Below, piece after piece: positions 47,339-57,558 of a stretch of DNA of 64,000 nucleotides. The stretch's first letter is position 1. Each line of letters starts with the position of its first letter. A program made the translations under genes and the position numbers. The stretch is from Candidatus Eiseniibacteriota bacterium. GTDB lineage: Bacteria; Eisenbacteria; RBG-16-71-46; SZUA-252. Location of the stretch: positions 2,592,001 to 2,656,000 of the forward strand of contig OY969801.1 of the NCBI GenBank assembly GCA_963703225.1. Reading direction: 5' to 3'. The notes below the pieces were generated by a model. The model searched no databases. It was not told the DNA's origin and saw only the letters and a program-made list of their open reading frames with translations.

Positions 47339-48211
47339 ATGATCAAGGAACGCGAGGTAGCCACGCTGAGCGGCGCCGTTGGACTCACGGTGACGCTTGT
47401 CCTGTTCGTCGCCGCGCTCTACACGGGCATCGGCGCGGTCGCCGACGTGCGGCCGATCCTGCTCCTCACGGTCTCGGTCCCGCTGGCCCTCCTCGGATTC
47501 TTCTCGGCCGCGGGGCTCTTCACGGTTCAGCCAAATCAGGCCGTGGTGCTCATCCTCTTCGGAAGCTACGTCGGGACCGTGCGCCGCAGCGGCTGGTGGT
47601 GGACCAACGCGTTCAAGACCCGAAAGAGGGTCACGCTCCGGGTGCGGAGCTTGAACGGCCAGATGATCAAGGTGAACGACCACGCCGGAAATCCCGTTGA
47701 GATCGCCGCGGTGGTGGTCTGGAAGGTGCTCGACACCGCGCAGGCCACGTTCGACGTCGAGAGCTACGAGGATTTCGTCCCCGTGCAGAGCGAGACGGCG
47801 GTCCGCCACCTGGCGAGCGCCTATCCCTACGACGAGTACGACCATGACGCGATCTCGCTGCGCGGAAGCACCGACAAGGTTTCGGAATTCCTTCGTGCCG
47901 AATTGCAAGAAAGGCTGCGTCCGGCGGGGGTAGAGGTGATCGAGGCGCGCTTGAGCCACCTTGCCTACGCGCCCGAAATCGCCGGCGCCATGCTGCAGCG
48001 CCAGCAGGCCGCCGCGATCATCGCGGCGCGTCAGCGAATCGTGGAAGGCGCCGTCGGCATGGTGGAGATGGCCCTCGAGCGGCTGAGCGAGAACAAGGTG
48101 GTGACCCTGGACGAGGAGCGGAAGGCCGCCATGGTCTCGAACCTGCTCGTGGTCCTCTGCGGGGAGCGCGCGGCGACCCCCGTCATCAACACCGGCACGC
48201 TGCACAACTAG
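47339..48211 (+). CDS. SPFH/band 7 membrane protein
   Basis: Two TM helices; [37 protein letters not shown]. Confidence 0.92.
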   Translation: MIKEREVATLSGAVGLTVTLVLFVAALYTGIGAVADVRPILLLTVSVPLALLGFFSAAGLFTVQPNQAVVLILFGSYVGTVRRSGWWWTNAFKTRKRVTLRVRSLNGQMIKVNDHAGNPVEIAAVVVWKVLDTAQATFDVESYEDFVPVQSETAVRHLASAYPYDEYDHDAISLRGSTDKVSEFLRAELQERLRPAGVEVIEARLSHLAYAPEIAGAMLQRQQAAAIIAARQRIVEGAVGMVEMALERLSENKVVTLDEERKAAMVSNLLVVLCGERAATPVINTGTLHN

Positions 48212-48220
48212 GTCCCCGCG

Positions 48221-48472
48221 ATGGCGGCGCGGAAGGCCTTTCTCCTCCGGATCGATCCGAAGCTATGGAGCGCCCTCGAAAAGTGGGCGGCCGACGAGCT
48301 CCGGAGCGTGAACGGGCAGATCGAGTACCTGCTCGCTCGGGCGGTGAAGGACGCCGGCCGGGATCGAACGCGGAGCCCTAGCGGGGCTCCGCCGACTCCC
48401 TCCGGTCGTCCCGACGCTCCCGGTAGTCCTCGCGCGACTCCCGGCGATCCTCCCGAAGCTCCCGGCCCGTAG
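48221..48472 (+). CDS. Ribbon-helix-helix (Arc/CopG-like) DNA-binding protein
   Basis: [10 protein letters not shown]...[18 protein letters not shown]-terminal extension overlaps the convergent gene and is doubtful. Confidence 0.8.
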   Translation: MAARKAFLLRIDPKLWSALEKWAADELRSVNGQIEYLLARAVKDAGRDRTRSPSGAPPTPSGRPDAPGSPRATPGDPPEAPGP

Positions 48473-49169
48473 CGACCGCGTCCTCTCGGGAGATTCTCAG
48501 AAACTCGTCGAAGAGGGCGCGCTCCTTGGAACGAGCCGGGGCGTTGCCCCGCCGCATGTCCGGCTCGATGCTTCGGAGCTCGCGGAGGATGTCCCGCTGA
48601 CGCTCCGAGCGGCGGCGGCTTCCTTCCAGGTCCCGCCGGTCGTCCCGTCGGTCCCTCCGATCGTCGCGCAGATCGTAGCGGTCGCGCGCGAGATCCCGTT
48701 CCGCGTCGCGCAGATCGGCGTCGGTGCCGCCTTCCTTGGCTCTCGTGAGATCTGCCTGATCATGGGCCAGCTCGCGTCGATCGCTCCTCACTTCCTGTGC
48801 GCTCCGGCCAAGCTCGCGGCGATCGGCGGCCACGTCCCGCCGTCCTTCCCCGGCCTCCCCGCGAAGAAATGCATAGATCCGCTTCCGGGCCTGGGCCTCC
48901 CCTTGCTTGTCTCCCGCTCTCTGCGCGGAGTCGAGACGCAGGAGGAGGCGCTCGAAACGGCGCACGTCCTGTATGTCGCCCCGAAGCTGTACCCGGTCGC
49001 GCGCCATCTCCGCCCGATCGGTGCGCGCCTCGTGGGCGTTCTGTGCCGGCTGTGCGTTCGCTACGGACGGCCCGGCCAACGCCAGCGCGACGATCGCCAT
49101 GAACCCTGCGAAATTCCGCGGGCGGCGAAAATTCGTTCCGTCTCGATTTGTCCACAGTGTGAATTCCAT
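48378..49169 (-). CDS. Secreted Asp/Arg-rich repetitive helical protein
   Basis: GAGG SD, signal peptide ending ANA, recurring DRR(E/D)L / DRRD units. Confidence 0.7.
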   Translation of the reverse strand: MEFTLWTNRDGTNFRRPRNFAGFMAIVALALAGPSVANAQPAQNAHEARTDRAEMARDRVQLRGDIQDVRRFERLLLRLDSAQRAGDKQGEAQARKRIYAFLRGEAGEGRRDVAADRRELGRSAQEVRSDRRELAHDQADLTRAKEGGTDADLRDAERDLARDRYDLRDDRRDRRDDRRDLEGSRRRSERQRDILRELRSIEPDMRRGNAPARSKERALFDEFLRISREDAVATGRELREDRRESREDYRERRDDRRESAEPR

Positions 49170-49259
49170 GCGTCCTCTCCTCTCCTCGGCGGCACGACGC
49201 CGCAGTGACTTACGCGATCGGCCGAAATACCGGCCGAACTCGCAAAGGGGGAGAGGCAA

Positions 49260-50693
49260 CTACCGTGCCCGGGCGAAGGCCGAGCGGACGCCCTTGATGA
49301 GAGGCTCTTCGAGGCGCGTCTCCACGGCTGGGCCGTAGCGCTTGGCCACCGGCCTCAGCGCGGCGGCATTCCCGATCAGCACGATCGTCAGATCCTTGGC
49401 GTCGGGATAGACGCGGCGGATGATGCTCTTGAGCGCGGTTCCATCCACGGCGCCGATTCGGTCCGTGTAACCGGTCAATTCGCTCTGGGGCAAACCATAG
49501 AGCGCGAGTTCCGCGAGGCGTCCGGCGATCTGATCTCCTGTTTCGAGGCCGGTCGGGAAAAGCCCCGAGATGTAGCTCTTCGACGAGGAGAGCGCGGTCG
49601 AATCGAGGCCCGTGCTCCGGAACGAATCGAGCGTCTCCAACGCCAGGTCGATCGCGCGCTGCGTCGACTCGGTCTTGGTGTACGAGACGATCGCGACATA
49701 ACCCGGAACCGCGTACCGAGGCATGTTGCACCGAATTCCATAGGTGAGACCCGAGCGAATCCGGAGCGCTGTGTTGAGCAGGGACGTATACCGGCCGCCG
49801 AAATAGGTATTCGCCACGTCGGCTTCCACGCGATCGGGATCGGTGCGGGCCATGCCGAGATTGCCAATCCAGAAATAGGTCTGGGTCGCGTCCGGTTTAT
49901 CGACGAGCAGAACTCTTCGGCCTGAGAGCTTCCTTGGCGCGGGAACCGTCTGGATCGCCCCCGACGCCTTGGGCCAATCGGCGAAGGCGGCGCGAATCGC
50001 CGACTCCATCCGCCGCCCGTCAAAGTCCCCCACCACCGAGAGGATGAGCCGGTCCCCGCCGAAGTTGGCGCGGTAGGCCGCGAGCAGATCCTCGCGTCCG
50101 ATCGACGCCACCGTCGTCTCGTCCCCGTCCAGCGGCCGCCCGTACGAACTCTCCCCGAAGAAGAACGCTCGACCGTAGTCGGCGATTACATTGCGGGGGG
50201 TGTCCTTGTCCGATCGGATGGCGTCGATCGTCTGCTGCTTCGCCTTCACGAACTCGCTGTCCGGGAACGACGGCCTTCGTAAGAGGTCGGAGATCAGCTC
50301 GATCATCAGCCCCTGATCCCGCGACATGAACTCGGCTGAAATCCACCAGTCCTCGTAGCCCACGCCGACGTCGAGATTCCCGCCGGCGCCGTCCACCAGG
50401 GCGGCGATCTCCTGCGCGCTCCGTTTCCCCGCGCCCCGGTGGAGCATCTCGGCGATCAGCGTTCCGAGCCCCTCTTTGCCAGGAGGATCGAGGAGCGTTC
50501 CGCCTCGGACATACGCGATCACCGCGATGAGCGGGACGTCGTGCTTCTCGGCCAGAATGAGCCTGGCGCCGTTGGGGAGCGTGACCTCTCGGGTAGGAGG
50601 AAGGTGAATTTCGCCGCGGGCGGGCACGACGGCCGACGCGAGCGCCGCGACCGCGAGGAGAGCGGCCGCCACCCAACCGCTGGCGCGGCTCAT
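49260..50693 (-). CDS. M16B peptidase, non-catalytic subunit
   Basis: LPNGARL...DVP, no HxxEH, LRIRSGLTY Arg/Tyr pair; signal peptide; ATGA overlap. Confidence 0.88.
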   Translation of the reverse strand: MSRASGWVAAALLAVAALASAVVPARGEIHLPPTREVTLPNGARLILAEKHDVPLIAVIAYVRGGTLLDPPGKEGLGTLIAEMLHRGAGKRSAQEIAALVDGAGGNLDVGVGYEDWWISAEFMSRDQGLMIELISDLLRRPSFPDSEFVKAKQQTIDAIRSDKDTPRNVIADYGRAFFFGESSYGRPLDGDETTVASIGREDLLAAYRANFGGDRLILSVVGDFDGRRMESAIRAAFADWPKASGAIQTVPAPRKLSGRRVLLVDKPDATQTYFWIGNLGMARTDPDRVEADVANTYFGGRYTSLLNTALRIRSGLTYGIRCNMPRYAVPGYVAIVSYTKTESTQRAIDLALETLDSFRSTGLDSTALSSSKSYISGLFPTGLETGDQIAGRLAELALYGLPQSELTGYTDRIGAVDGTALKSIIRRVYPDAKDLTIVLIGNAAALRPVAKRYGPAVETRLEEPLIKGVRSAFARAR

Positions 50694-52147
50694 CGGAGCC
50701 CTCCCTTCTTGCCGGGGCCACCGCCCTTGGCCGCCGGCTCGTCCTCCGGAATCAGCTGGCCGATGGTGCGGTTCTTCGCGTCGAAGATCCGCTTCGCCGC
50801 GGACTGAATCGCCGCGCGCGTCACCCGTCCATAGCGATCGGGAGCGCTGAAGAGCTTCCGATAGTCTCCGCGGAACGTTTCGTAGTCCCCCAAAGCCTCG
50901 GCCTTGCCGTCGATGGTCTTGAGAGAGCGCCAATAGGACGCGAGTCGGATCGTCTTGGCCTTCGTCAGCTCCGCCTCCGTCACACCGTTCTTCGCCACCC
51001 GCGCCAGCTCGTCGACCAGCGACGACTCGGCCGCCGCCAATCCCTTCTCGGGCGAGACCGTGACGAAGATCGAAAAGATCCCTGGGTCGAACCCCCGCTG
51101 AAGCCACGAACCAACGTCGACGGCCACTTGGTCCTGGTCGACGAGGCGGCGATAGAGCCGCGACGATTCGCCTTCGGTGAGGATCGTCTCGAGCAGGTCC
51201 TCTGCCTCCGCATCGGGGCCGTCGGCCGCCCCCGCGTGGTAGGAAGCCTGCAAGAGGGGCACCTGCGCGGGGCGCCGCACCGTGACGCGCCGTTCGCCGG
51301 GTTGGGGTGGCTCGATGGTCCGCACGCGGGGCGGCGGTGTCTGCGCGGGAATCGGTCCGACGTTCTGTTCCACGAGAGCGAACGCCTCCGATGGGACGAC
51401 GTCCCCCACGATGATCATCGTGGCGTTGTTGGGGGCGTAGTAGATCCGGAAGTATTCTTTCAAGTCCTGGATCGTCCACCGCTCGATGTCGCTCGGCCAC
51501 CCGATGATCGGAATCTGGTAGGGGTGAGCGACAAAGGCCGCCGCCATCACCTGCTCGTCGAGGAAATCCCTCCCGCTGTCGTCGGTGGTCGTTCGCCGCT
51601 CGGAGTAGACGACGCCGCGCTCGCTCTCCACGCCGGTCGAATCGAACGAGAGGCAGCAGATCCGGTCCGCCTCCATCTTGAGGATCAGTGGGAGCGCACC
51701 CTTCGCGAACCAGTCGGTGTAGACGGTCACGTCCTGGCTGGTGGAGGCGTTGTTGGCGCCGCCGTTCGCCTCCATGACGCGATCGAACTCGCCGGGTCCG
51801 TAGTGCGCCGAGCCTTTGAACATCATGTGCTCGAAGAAGTGGGAGAGCCCGGTGATTCCCGGTCGCTCGTTCCGGCTCCCGACCCGGTATTCGACGTAGA
51901 GGGCGATGTTGGGAATGTCGTGATCGGGCCAGACGATCACCTTCATCCCGTTCTTCAGGGTTCTGGTGGCGATGTCGGCGCCCGGGGCGTGGGTCGCCGC
52001 TCGGGCCGCGCCCTGAGATGTCTCCCGGGGCTGGGCCGCGGCCCGATAGCCGGTGCAGCAGAGCGCGAAGACTGCTACCGCCAGCGGGAGGGCGGCGGAG
52101 GTCCGCCGCGCGGCTCCGGACGCCGTGCTATGTGGCTGCCAGATCAT
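50690..52147 (-). CDS. M16B peptidase, catalytic zinc subunit
   Basis: GSRNE, HFFEH inverted zinc motif, NAST, ERGVVYSER, YYAPNNA; start approximate. Confidence 0.92.
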   Translation of the reverse strand: MIWQPHSTASGAARRTSAALPLAVAVFALCCTGYRAAAQPRETSQGAARAATHAPGADIATRTLKNGMKVIVWPDHDIPNIALYVEYRVGSRNERPGITGLSHFFEHMMFKGSAHYGPGEFDRVMEANGGANNASTSQDVTVYTDWFAKGALPLILKMEADRICCLSFDSTGVESERGVVYSERRTTTDDSGRDFLDEQVMAAAFVAHPYQIPIIGWPSDIERWTIQDLKEYFRIYYAPNNATMIIVGDVVPSEAFALVEQNVGPIPAQTPPPRVRTIEPPQPGERRVTVRRPAQVPLLQASYHAGAADGPDAEAEDLLETILTEGESSRLYRRLVDQDQVAVDVGSWLQRGFDPGIFSIFVTVSPEKGLAAAESSLVDELARVAKNGVTEAELTKAKTIRLASYWRSLKTIDGKAEALGDYETFRGDYRKLFSAPDRYGRVTRAAIQSAAKRIFDAKNRTIGQLIPEDEPAAKGGGPGKKGGLR

Positions 52148-52269
52148 GCTCCACCTCATCGCCGAAACTCTAGGATCGCCGGAGCGTAGGGGGTGATAGG
52201 CTTCTGGCCAAGTGGATTTGATCGGCCCGCCCGTGCGGGCGCGGCCCCGGAACATAGGAGGAAACAAAC

Positions 52270-53070
52270 GTGCCGACCATGCATGAGATCGACTACGAGA
52301 TCATCGGTGACGACATGCAGTTCGTCAGGATCACCCTCGACCCAGGGGAGGCGGTGGTCGCCGAGGCCGGTGGGATGATGTACATCGAGGATGGGATCCA
52401 GATGGACACCATCTTCGGGGACGGATCGCCTCAAACCGGTGACCTGATGGGCAAGCTGATGAGCGCGGGCAAGCGCCTCCTCACCGGGGAGTCGCTCTTC
52501 ATGACCGTGTTCCATAACGAGTCGCGGGAGCGGCGCGTGGCCGCGTTCGCCGCGCCCTACCCCGGCAAGATCCGCGCGCTCCACCTGGCCGAGCTGGGCG
52601 GGGAGATCATCGCTCAGAAAGACTCCTTCCTCGCCGCGGCGAAGGGCGTGAGCATCGGGATCGCGTTTCAAAAGCGGTTCGGCGTCGGCCTCTTCGGCGG
52701 CGAAGGCTTCATCATGCAGCGGCTGACCGGCGACGGTTGGGCCTTTGTCAACGCGGGGGGGACGATCGAGGAGCGGACCCTCAAGCCGGGCGAAACCCTC
52801 CGCGTCGACACGGGCTGCCTCGTCGCGATCCAGCCCTCGGTCACCTACGACATTCAATTCGTTGGCAAGCTGAAGACCGCGCTCTTCGGAGGCGAGGGGC
52901 TCTTCTTCGCCACGCTCCACGGGCCCGGCCAAGTCTGGCTCCAGTCGCTGCCATTCAGCCGGCTCGCGAGCCGCATCTACGCGGCCGCGCCGCAGAGCGG
53001 CGGGCGCCGGAGAGAGGAAGGCTCCATCCTCGGCGGCCTCGGCAATCTCCTCGACGGCGACGGGCGGTAG
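52270..53070 (+). CDS. TIGR00266/AIM24 family protein
   Basis: GDDMQ, AEAGGM, TGESLF, repeated [22 protein letters not shown]. Confidence 0.92.
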   Translation: MPTMHEIDYEIIGDDMQFVRITLDPGEAVVAEAGGMMYIEDGIQMDTIFGDGSPQTGDLMGKLMSAGKRLLTGESLFMTVFHNESRERRVAAFAAPYPGKIRALHLAELGGEIIAQKDSFLAAAKGVSIGIAFQKRFGVGLFGGEGFIMQRLTGDGWAFVNAGGTIEERTLKPGETLRVDTGCLVAIQPSVTYDIQFVGKLKTALFGGEGLFFATLHGPGQVWLQSLPFSRLASRIYAAAPQSGGRRREEGSILGGLGNLLDGDGR

Positions 53071-53125
53071 CAGCGATCCGGCCCGACTCTGACTCGGTGG
53101 GCCGACCGCTGCGCAAGCGGGATTC

Positions 53126-54208
53126 CTAGAGCCCCGCTTGGCGGATGCTCACCGTCCCCGAGCCGGTCTCGATGGTGATCCGTCCCTTGCCGTCGCCGAT
53201 CCGGCCGACCAGCTCATCGTGCTTCCGGACGCTGGTCTCCATGGTCAGGTTGGTCTCGATCCCGCCGCTCCCGGTCTCCACCGAGAGCTCGGCGCCGAAC
53301 CTCTTGGGGATGGTCACCGACACGTCGCCGCTCCCGGAGTCGATCTCGATCGTCTCGATCCCCTCGGAAAGCTCGGCGACGACCTCTCCGGATCCGGTGT
53401 CCAGGCTCACCCGCTCCGCCTTCAACTTCCCGACCTGCACGTCGCCCGACCCGGTATCGATCGAGACGTTGACGGCCGAAAGATCGGTCCCGGTCACCTC
53501 ACCCGACCCCGTGTCCACCTCGATCGACTTGGCGCGGATTCGCGAGAGAGCCACCTCCCCGGAGCCCGTATCGATCCAGATCTCTGCGTCGGCGTCCTCC
53601 ACTCGAACGTGCCCGGAACCGATATCGACGTGAAGCGATCCCTTGATTCCGGTAGCGCTGATCGGCATCGCGGCCGCGTCGACGGAGAGGTCGGCGTCGA
53701 TTCGGGTCACGTCGGCCTTGCCGTGCCCCCAGTAGACGTCCACCTTCTTGCCGGGCGGCACCATCAGCCGCACGTCGGCTCCCGCCTCGAGCCCGGAGCC
53801 GCGCCCGCTCAGGGTCACCTTCCGCCCGCCGTGTTCATCGTCGCGGAACGTTCCGTCTTCCTTGACGCGCATGGTGGACGTCGTGTTCTCGCCAAACTCC
53901 GGCACCAGGATGCGATCGCTGGGATAGACGATGCGCAGGGTCTGTTGGCCATCGATGAGGCCGGTCGCCACGCTGAGCCGCGCCGCGTCCTTCCCCTTCA
54001 TGGTGATCTCCGCGACCACCGAGGCTCCGTCGCCGCGCACCACCTCCAGGGACCCGACCAGGTTGTAGATCGCGACGTGCGACCCCGTGATCGTATAGCG
54101 GGTTGGCTCATAGGGAGAGGCGTGGCCGTGGACGGCCTGGATCACGAGACCCAGCGCCAAGATCCCTGCCACAAACAGGGATAGGAACAGCCTGCGTCGG
54201 ATGCTCAT
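53126..54208 (-). CDS. Secreted DUF4097 beta-strand-repeat protein
   Basis: Signal peptide; recurring xDTGSGxV repeats; GAGGAG SD. Confidence 0.88.
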   Translation of the reverse strand: MSIRRRLFLSLFVAGILALGLVIQAVHGHASPYEPTRYTITGSHVAIYNLVGSLEVVRGDGASVVAEITMKGKDAARLSVATGLIDGQQTLRIVYPSDRILVPEFGENTTSTMRVKEDGTFRDDEHGGRKVTLSGRGSGLEAGADVRLMVPPGKKVDVYWGHGKADVTRIDADLSVDAAAMPISATGIKGSLHVDIGSGHVRVEDADAEIWIDTGSGEVALSRIRAKSIEVDTGSGEVTGTDLSAVNVSIDTGSGDVQVGKLKAERVSLDTGSGEVVAELSEGIETIEIDSGSGDVSVTIPKRFGAELSVETGSGGIETNLTMETSVRKHDELVGRIGDGKGRITIETGSGTVSIRQAGL

Positions 54209-54256
54209 ACGAATCTCCTCGGATGGGGGATGTCTCTCGGTCCGGATTGCCTCAAC

Positions 54257-54285
54257 TAGGATACGTCGACGGCTCAAAGGGTTGA
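54257..54285 (-). promoter_or_regulatory. ECF promoter candidate for the DUF4097 gene
   Basis: TCAACCCTTTGAGCCGTCGACGTATCCTA, 20/29 identical to the 54386-54414 element. Confidence 0.6.
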
Positions 54286-54385
54286 GGGGGCCGCCGGGAC
54301 CCTCCCCGGGGCTTGCGACGGCCCCGGCCTGGCGGCGGCCACCCCCACCCGATAGACTCCCTACGAGCGTGCCAGCGATTCCGTT

Positions 54386-54414
54386 TCAACGCTTTGCGGC
54401 TTCCCCCCATCCAA
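54386..54414 (+). promoter_or_regulatory. ECF promoter candidate for the sigma/anti-sigma operon
   Basis: TCAACGCTTTGCGGCTTCCCCCCATCCAA, matches the divergent copy without gaps. Confidence 0.55.
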
Positions 54415-54467
54415 CTTCAACGACAATAGGCCCGTGGGGACTAAGGGTGACAGCGCCGACCACTCTC

Positions 54468-55001
54468 ATGAATGCCGTGCCGCCGGCATCCGACCGGGCC
54501 GATGTATCGCGCGCCCAAGGGGGCGATACAAGGGCGTTCGAGCGCCTCTACCGCGCTCACGCGGGGAGAATCTTCTGCCTGGCGCGGCGCATGATCGGCC
54601 CGGACCTCGCGGGCGAGCTGACGCAGGATGTCTTTGTCCGCGCCTGGGAAAAGATCACGACGTTTCGCGGCGAGGCGGCCTTCGGGACGTGGCTCCATCG
54701 AGTGGCGGTCAACGTGATCCTCCACCGCCGAGCCACGCTCAAGACCGAGCGCGGTCGGATGGACGACGAAGAGGGCGTGCTCGACTCAGTGCCCGCTCGA
54801 CCGGCGTCGGCGGACTTTGGGATGGATTTCGAAAACGCGATTCAAATGCTCCCCGACGGAGCGCGGACGGTCTTCCTGCTGCACGACGTCGAGGGCTTCA
54901 AACACGAGGAAATCGGCACACTGCTCGGTGTGACGGCGGGGACTTCCAAAGCGCAGCTCCACAGGGCGCGGATGATCTTGAGGCAGCATCTCTGCAGATG
55001 A
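54468..55001 (+). CDS. ECF RNA polymerase sigma factor (start may be GTG 54447)
   Basis: GDTRAFERLY, TQDVFVRAW, TWLHRVAVN, EGFKHEEIG...TSKAQLHRAR. Confidence 0.92.
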   Translation: MNAVPPASDRADVSRAQGGDTRAFERLYRAHAGRIFCLARRMIGPDLAGELTQDVFVRAWEKITTFRGEAAFGTWLHRVAVNVILHRRATLKTERGRMDDEEGVLDSVPARPASADFGMDFENAIQMLPDGARTVFLLHDVEGFKHEEIGTLLGVTAGTSKAQLHRARMILRQHLCR

Positions 55002-55014
55002 GAGGATCGAATCG

Positions 55015-55704
55015 ATGAGCGATCGATGGACGGACTTGCTTTCGGACTACCTGGACGGCGGGCTTGGATCGGAGGATCGTCGGCTCCTGGCGGCACACCT
55101 CGTGGTCTGCTCCGAGTGCTCGGCCGCGCTGGAGGATCTCCGGCTCATCGCGTCCCGCGCCCGAGCGCTTCCGACGCAGGATCCCGACCGCGATCTCTGG
55201 CCGGGAATCGAGGCTCGGATCCACGAAGCCGCGGCGGTGAAGCGCCCGACGATCGTCACCCGACCCGGAGGCTTCTCCGCGCGCCGGTATTCGTTTTCCC
55301 TCCCCCAGCTCGCGGCGGCGTGCGTGGCGCTCGCGGTCCTTTCGGGCGGCGCCGTCTGGTACGCGTTCTCCCACGCGCCGTCGCGGGTGCCGGGATCCCT
55401 GGCCGGGAGGGTTGGTTTGGACACCTCACTCACGCTTTCGGCCGCATCGTCCGATCACGCCGCGCTCCAGGATGTCGCGGATTTGCGCGTCGTCCTCGAT
55501 TCGGGCCGGGAGAAGCTCGACCCGGCGACCGTGCGATCCCTGGAGGAGAGCCTGATGATCATCGATCTCGCCATCCGACAGGCCAAGCGCGCGTTGGAGG
55601 CGGACCCACACAATCCGTACGTCAAGGCGCACCTCGACGACACGATGCGGCGTAAGGTCGACTTTCTCCGCCGCGCGACGTTGCTCGCGAGCGCGCCACA
55701 GTAG
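55015..55704 (+). CDS. zf-HC2 membrane anti-sigma factor
   Basis: LSDYLDG...HLVVCSEC, TM helix, helical C-terminal domain ALEADPHN. Confidence 0.88.
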   Translation: MSDRWTDLLSDYLDGGLGSEDRRLLAAHLVVCSECSAALEDLRLIASRARALPTQDPDRDLWPGIEARIHEAAAVKRPTIVTRPGGFSARRYSFSLPQLAAACVALAVLSGGAVWYAFSHAPSRVPGSLAGRVGLDTSLTLSAASSDHAALQDVADLRVVLDSGREKLDPATVRSLEESLMIIDLAIRQAKRALEADPHNPYVKAHLDDTMRRKVDFLRRATLLASAPQ

Positions 55705-55721
55705 AGGAGAGCCCCCCCACC

Positions 55722-56684
55722 ATGTGCCTGACTGTCGCCGTCGCCACCGCCGCCGCCGTCCTCTCGCTGAGCTCAGGCGCCGACACGACGTTCTCCATCC
55801 GACAGGGGGTGGAGCTTCAGGTGGCCAATTTTGCCGGGACCGTGAGCATCCGGTCCTGGGACAAGAACGCCGTCCGGATCAAGGCCGAGTCACCCGGCAA
55901 CGACAAGATCGTCGTCAGGAGCGCGGAGGACGTGCTCCTGATCAAGGCCTACTCGCAGTGGTCGGCACAGCACACCATCGATCTCGACATCACGGCGCCC
56001 TCCTGGATGGACCTCACCGTGTCCGGCGTGAACACCGATGTGAACATCGACGGGACCAAGGGACGGGTGCGGGTCGACACGGTGCACGGCGACATCATGG
56101 TGGTGGGAGGCAGGGGCCAGATCGAGCTGAAGGCGATCAACGAGGACATCCATCTGACCGACGCGTCGGGGACGGTCCTCTCCGAGACCGTGAACGGTGA
56201 TTTGACCCTCCAGCGGATCTCGTCGGACAGCGTGGAGGTGTCGACCGTGAACGGCGAGATCTTCTACGAAGGGTCGATTCGCGACCGGGGGGTCTACCGA
56301 TTCACGAGCCACAACGGAGACCTCGCGATCGCCCTGCCCAAGACGGCCAATGCCACCGTGAACGTCTCGACCTTCTCCGGCGAGTTCGCCTCCGACTTCC
56401 CCGTGATGCTCAGCGAGACCAAGCCGGGACGTCGCTTCTGCTTCACGCTCGGCAGAGGAAGCGCGCAGGTGCAGCTCGAGTCGTTCCAGGGGACGATCCA
56501 CATCTTCCGTCCCGGGGCCCGCGGTCCGGTAGCCGAGATGGAGCGGGATGACGACGGCGACGGGGACCGGCACTCGCACGACAAGTACAAGACGAAGGGC
56601 AAGGACAAAGGCGGCGACGACTCGGACGAGGATTCAGATTCCGATTCGGACTCCGACTCCGATTCCAAAGAGGACGGCGAGTAA
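55722..56684 (+). CDS. DUF4097 beta-strand-repeat protein with acidic Asp-Ser tail
   Basis: xTVNGD-type repeats; C-terminal DSDEDSDSDSDSDS. Confidence 0.85.
   Translation: MCLTVAVATAAAVLSLSSGADTTFSIRQGVELQVANFAGTVSIRSWDKNAVRIKAESPGNDKIVVRSAEDVLLIKAYSQWSAQHTIDLDITAPSWMDLTVSGVNTDVNIDGTKGRVRVDTVHGDIMVVGGRGQIELKAINEDIHLTDASGTVLSETVNGDLTLQRISSDSVEVSTVNGEIFYEGSIRDRGVYRFTSHNGDLAIALPKTANATVNVSTFSGEFASDFPVMLSETKPGRRFCFTLGRGSAQVQLESFQGTIHIFRPGARGPVAEMERDDDGDGDRHSHDKYKTKGKDKGGDDSDEDSDSDSDSDSDSKEDGE
56631..56666 (+). repeat. Six GAYTCN hexamer repeats encoding (Asp-Ser)6
   Basis: GATTCA GATTCC GATTCG GACTCC GACTCC GATTCC. Confidence 0.8.
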
Positions 56685-56728
56685 CCCGCCACCCGCGACG
56701 TCAAGCCGGCTTCACCCTTTCGGCGCCC

Positions 56729-57514
56729 TCAGGGCGCGCTCAGGATGATGGGGAGCCCGTTCTTCCCCCCCGCGATGATGATCTTCGCGTTCGGCGACTC
56801 CGCGAGCGCCTTGGTCGCCTCGATCCCTTTCCAGGTCAGGAGCCCGGGCGTGATCCCGGCGGTCACGATCCGCTGGAAATCGGCGATCCCCTGCGCTTCG
56901 ATCCGCTTCCGCTCCGCCTCACGCTGCTCCTTCTTGAGCACGAACTCCATCTGCTGCGCCTGCTGATCGGCCGCCAGCTTCGCCTCGACCGCCTTCGCGA
57001 CCTGGTCGGGGAGCACGATGTTCCGGAGCAGGATCGCCTCCACGTTGATCCCGCGCCCTTCGAGCCGTGTGCGCAGGTCGGCGAGCATCTTCTGCCCGAT
57101 CTCCTCCCGGCGGCCCGAGTAAAGGTCGACGGCGTTGAACCCCGCGGTCACGTCGCGAATGACAGACCGGAACTCGGGAATCAGAACGCTCGCGGTCAAT
57201 CCGCCGAGGCCACCGTAGCGCGAGAAGACCTCCTTCGCCGCCGTCGGCTCCGCGTGATAGACGAGGCTTACGTCCAGGCCCACGAGCAGCCCTTCGCCCG
57301 TCGGGGTCGTGGTTCGCTCTTCGAGTTGCAGCGTGCGGCAGTTGATCCGGTGGACGCCGGTCCATGGCGCCCAGGGGTGGAGCCCCGGCGGCCACGTCGT
57401 GTCGAGAACCTTGCCGAACGATTCCAGCACGCCCACGTGCTGAGGCGGCACCGCCGCGCATCCCGCCGATAGGGCGGCGATCAAGAGCGGGATGAAAAGC
57501 CGGCGCATCATCAT
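56729..57514 (-). CDS. Prohibitin/SPFH family protein
   Basis: Leader ending SAG-C; EGLLVGLDVS, AVEAKLAADQ, EAERKRIEAQGIA, WKGIEAT; GGAGG SD. Confidence 0.9.
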   Translation of the reverse strand: MMMRRLFIPLLIAALSAGCAAVPPQHVGVLESFGKVLDTTWPPGLHPWAPWTGVHRINCRTLQLEERTTTPTGEGLLVGLDVSLVYHAEPTAAKEVFSRYGGLGGLTASVLIPEFRSVIRDVTAGFNAVDLYSGRREEIGQKMLADLRTRLEGRGINVEAILLRNIVLPDQVAKAVEAKLAADQQAQQMEFVLKKEQREAERKRIEAQGIADFQRIVTAGITPGLLTWKGIEATKALAESPNAKIIIAGGKNGLPIILSAP

Positions 57515-57558
57515 GAGTTCATCCTCCTTCCATGGAGTGGACATCGGGAATTTCACGG

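Noticed and set aside
48378..48472. 95-bp convergent overlap between the RHH gene and the Asp/Arg-rich gene as a functional feature
   Set aside because: The RHH tail is low-complexity, and a one-base shift would end it at the shared CTAG (48378-48381) as at 2842-2845; probably an indel or neutral extension
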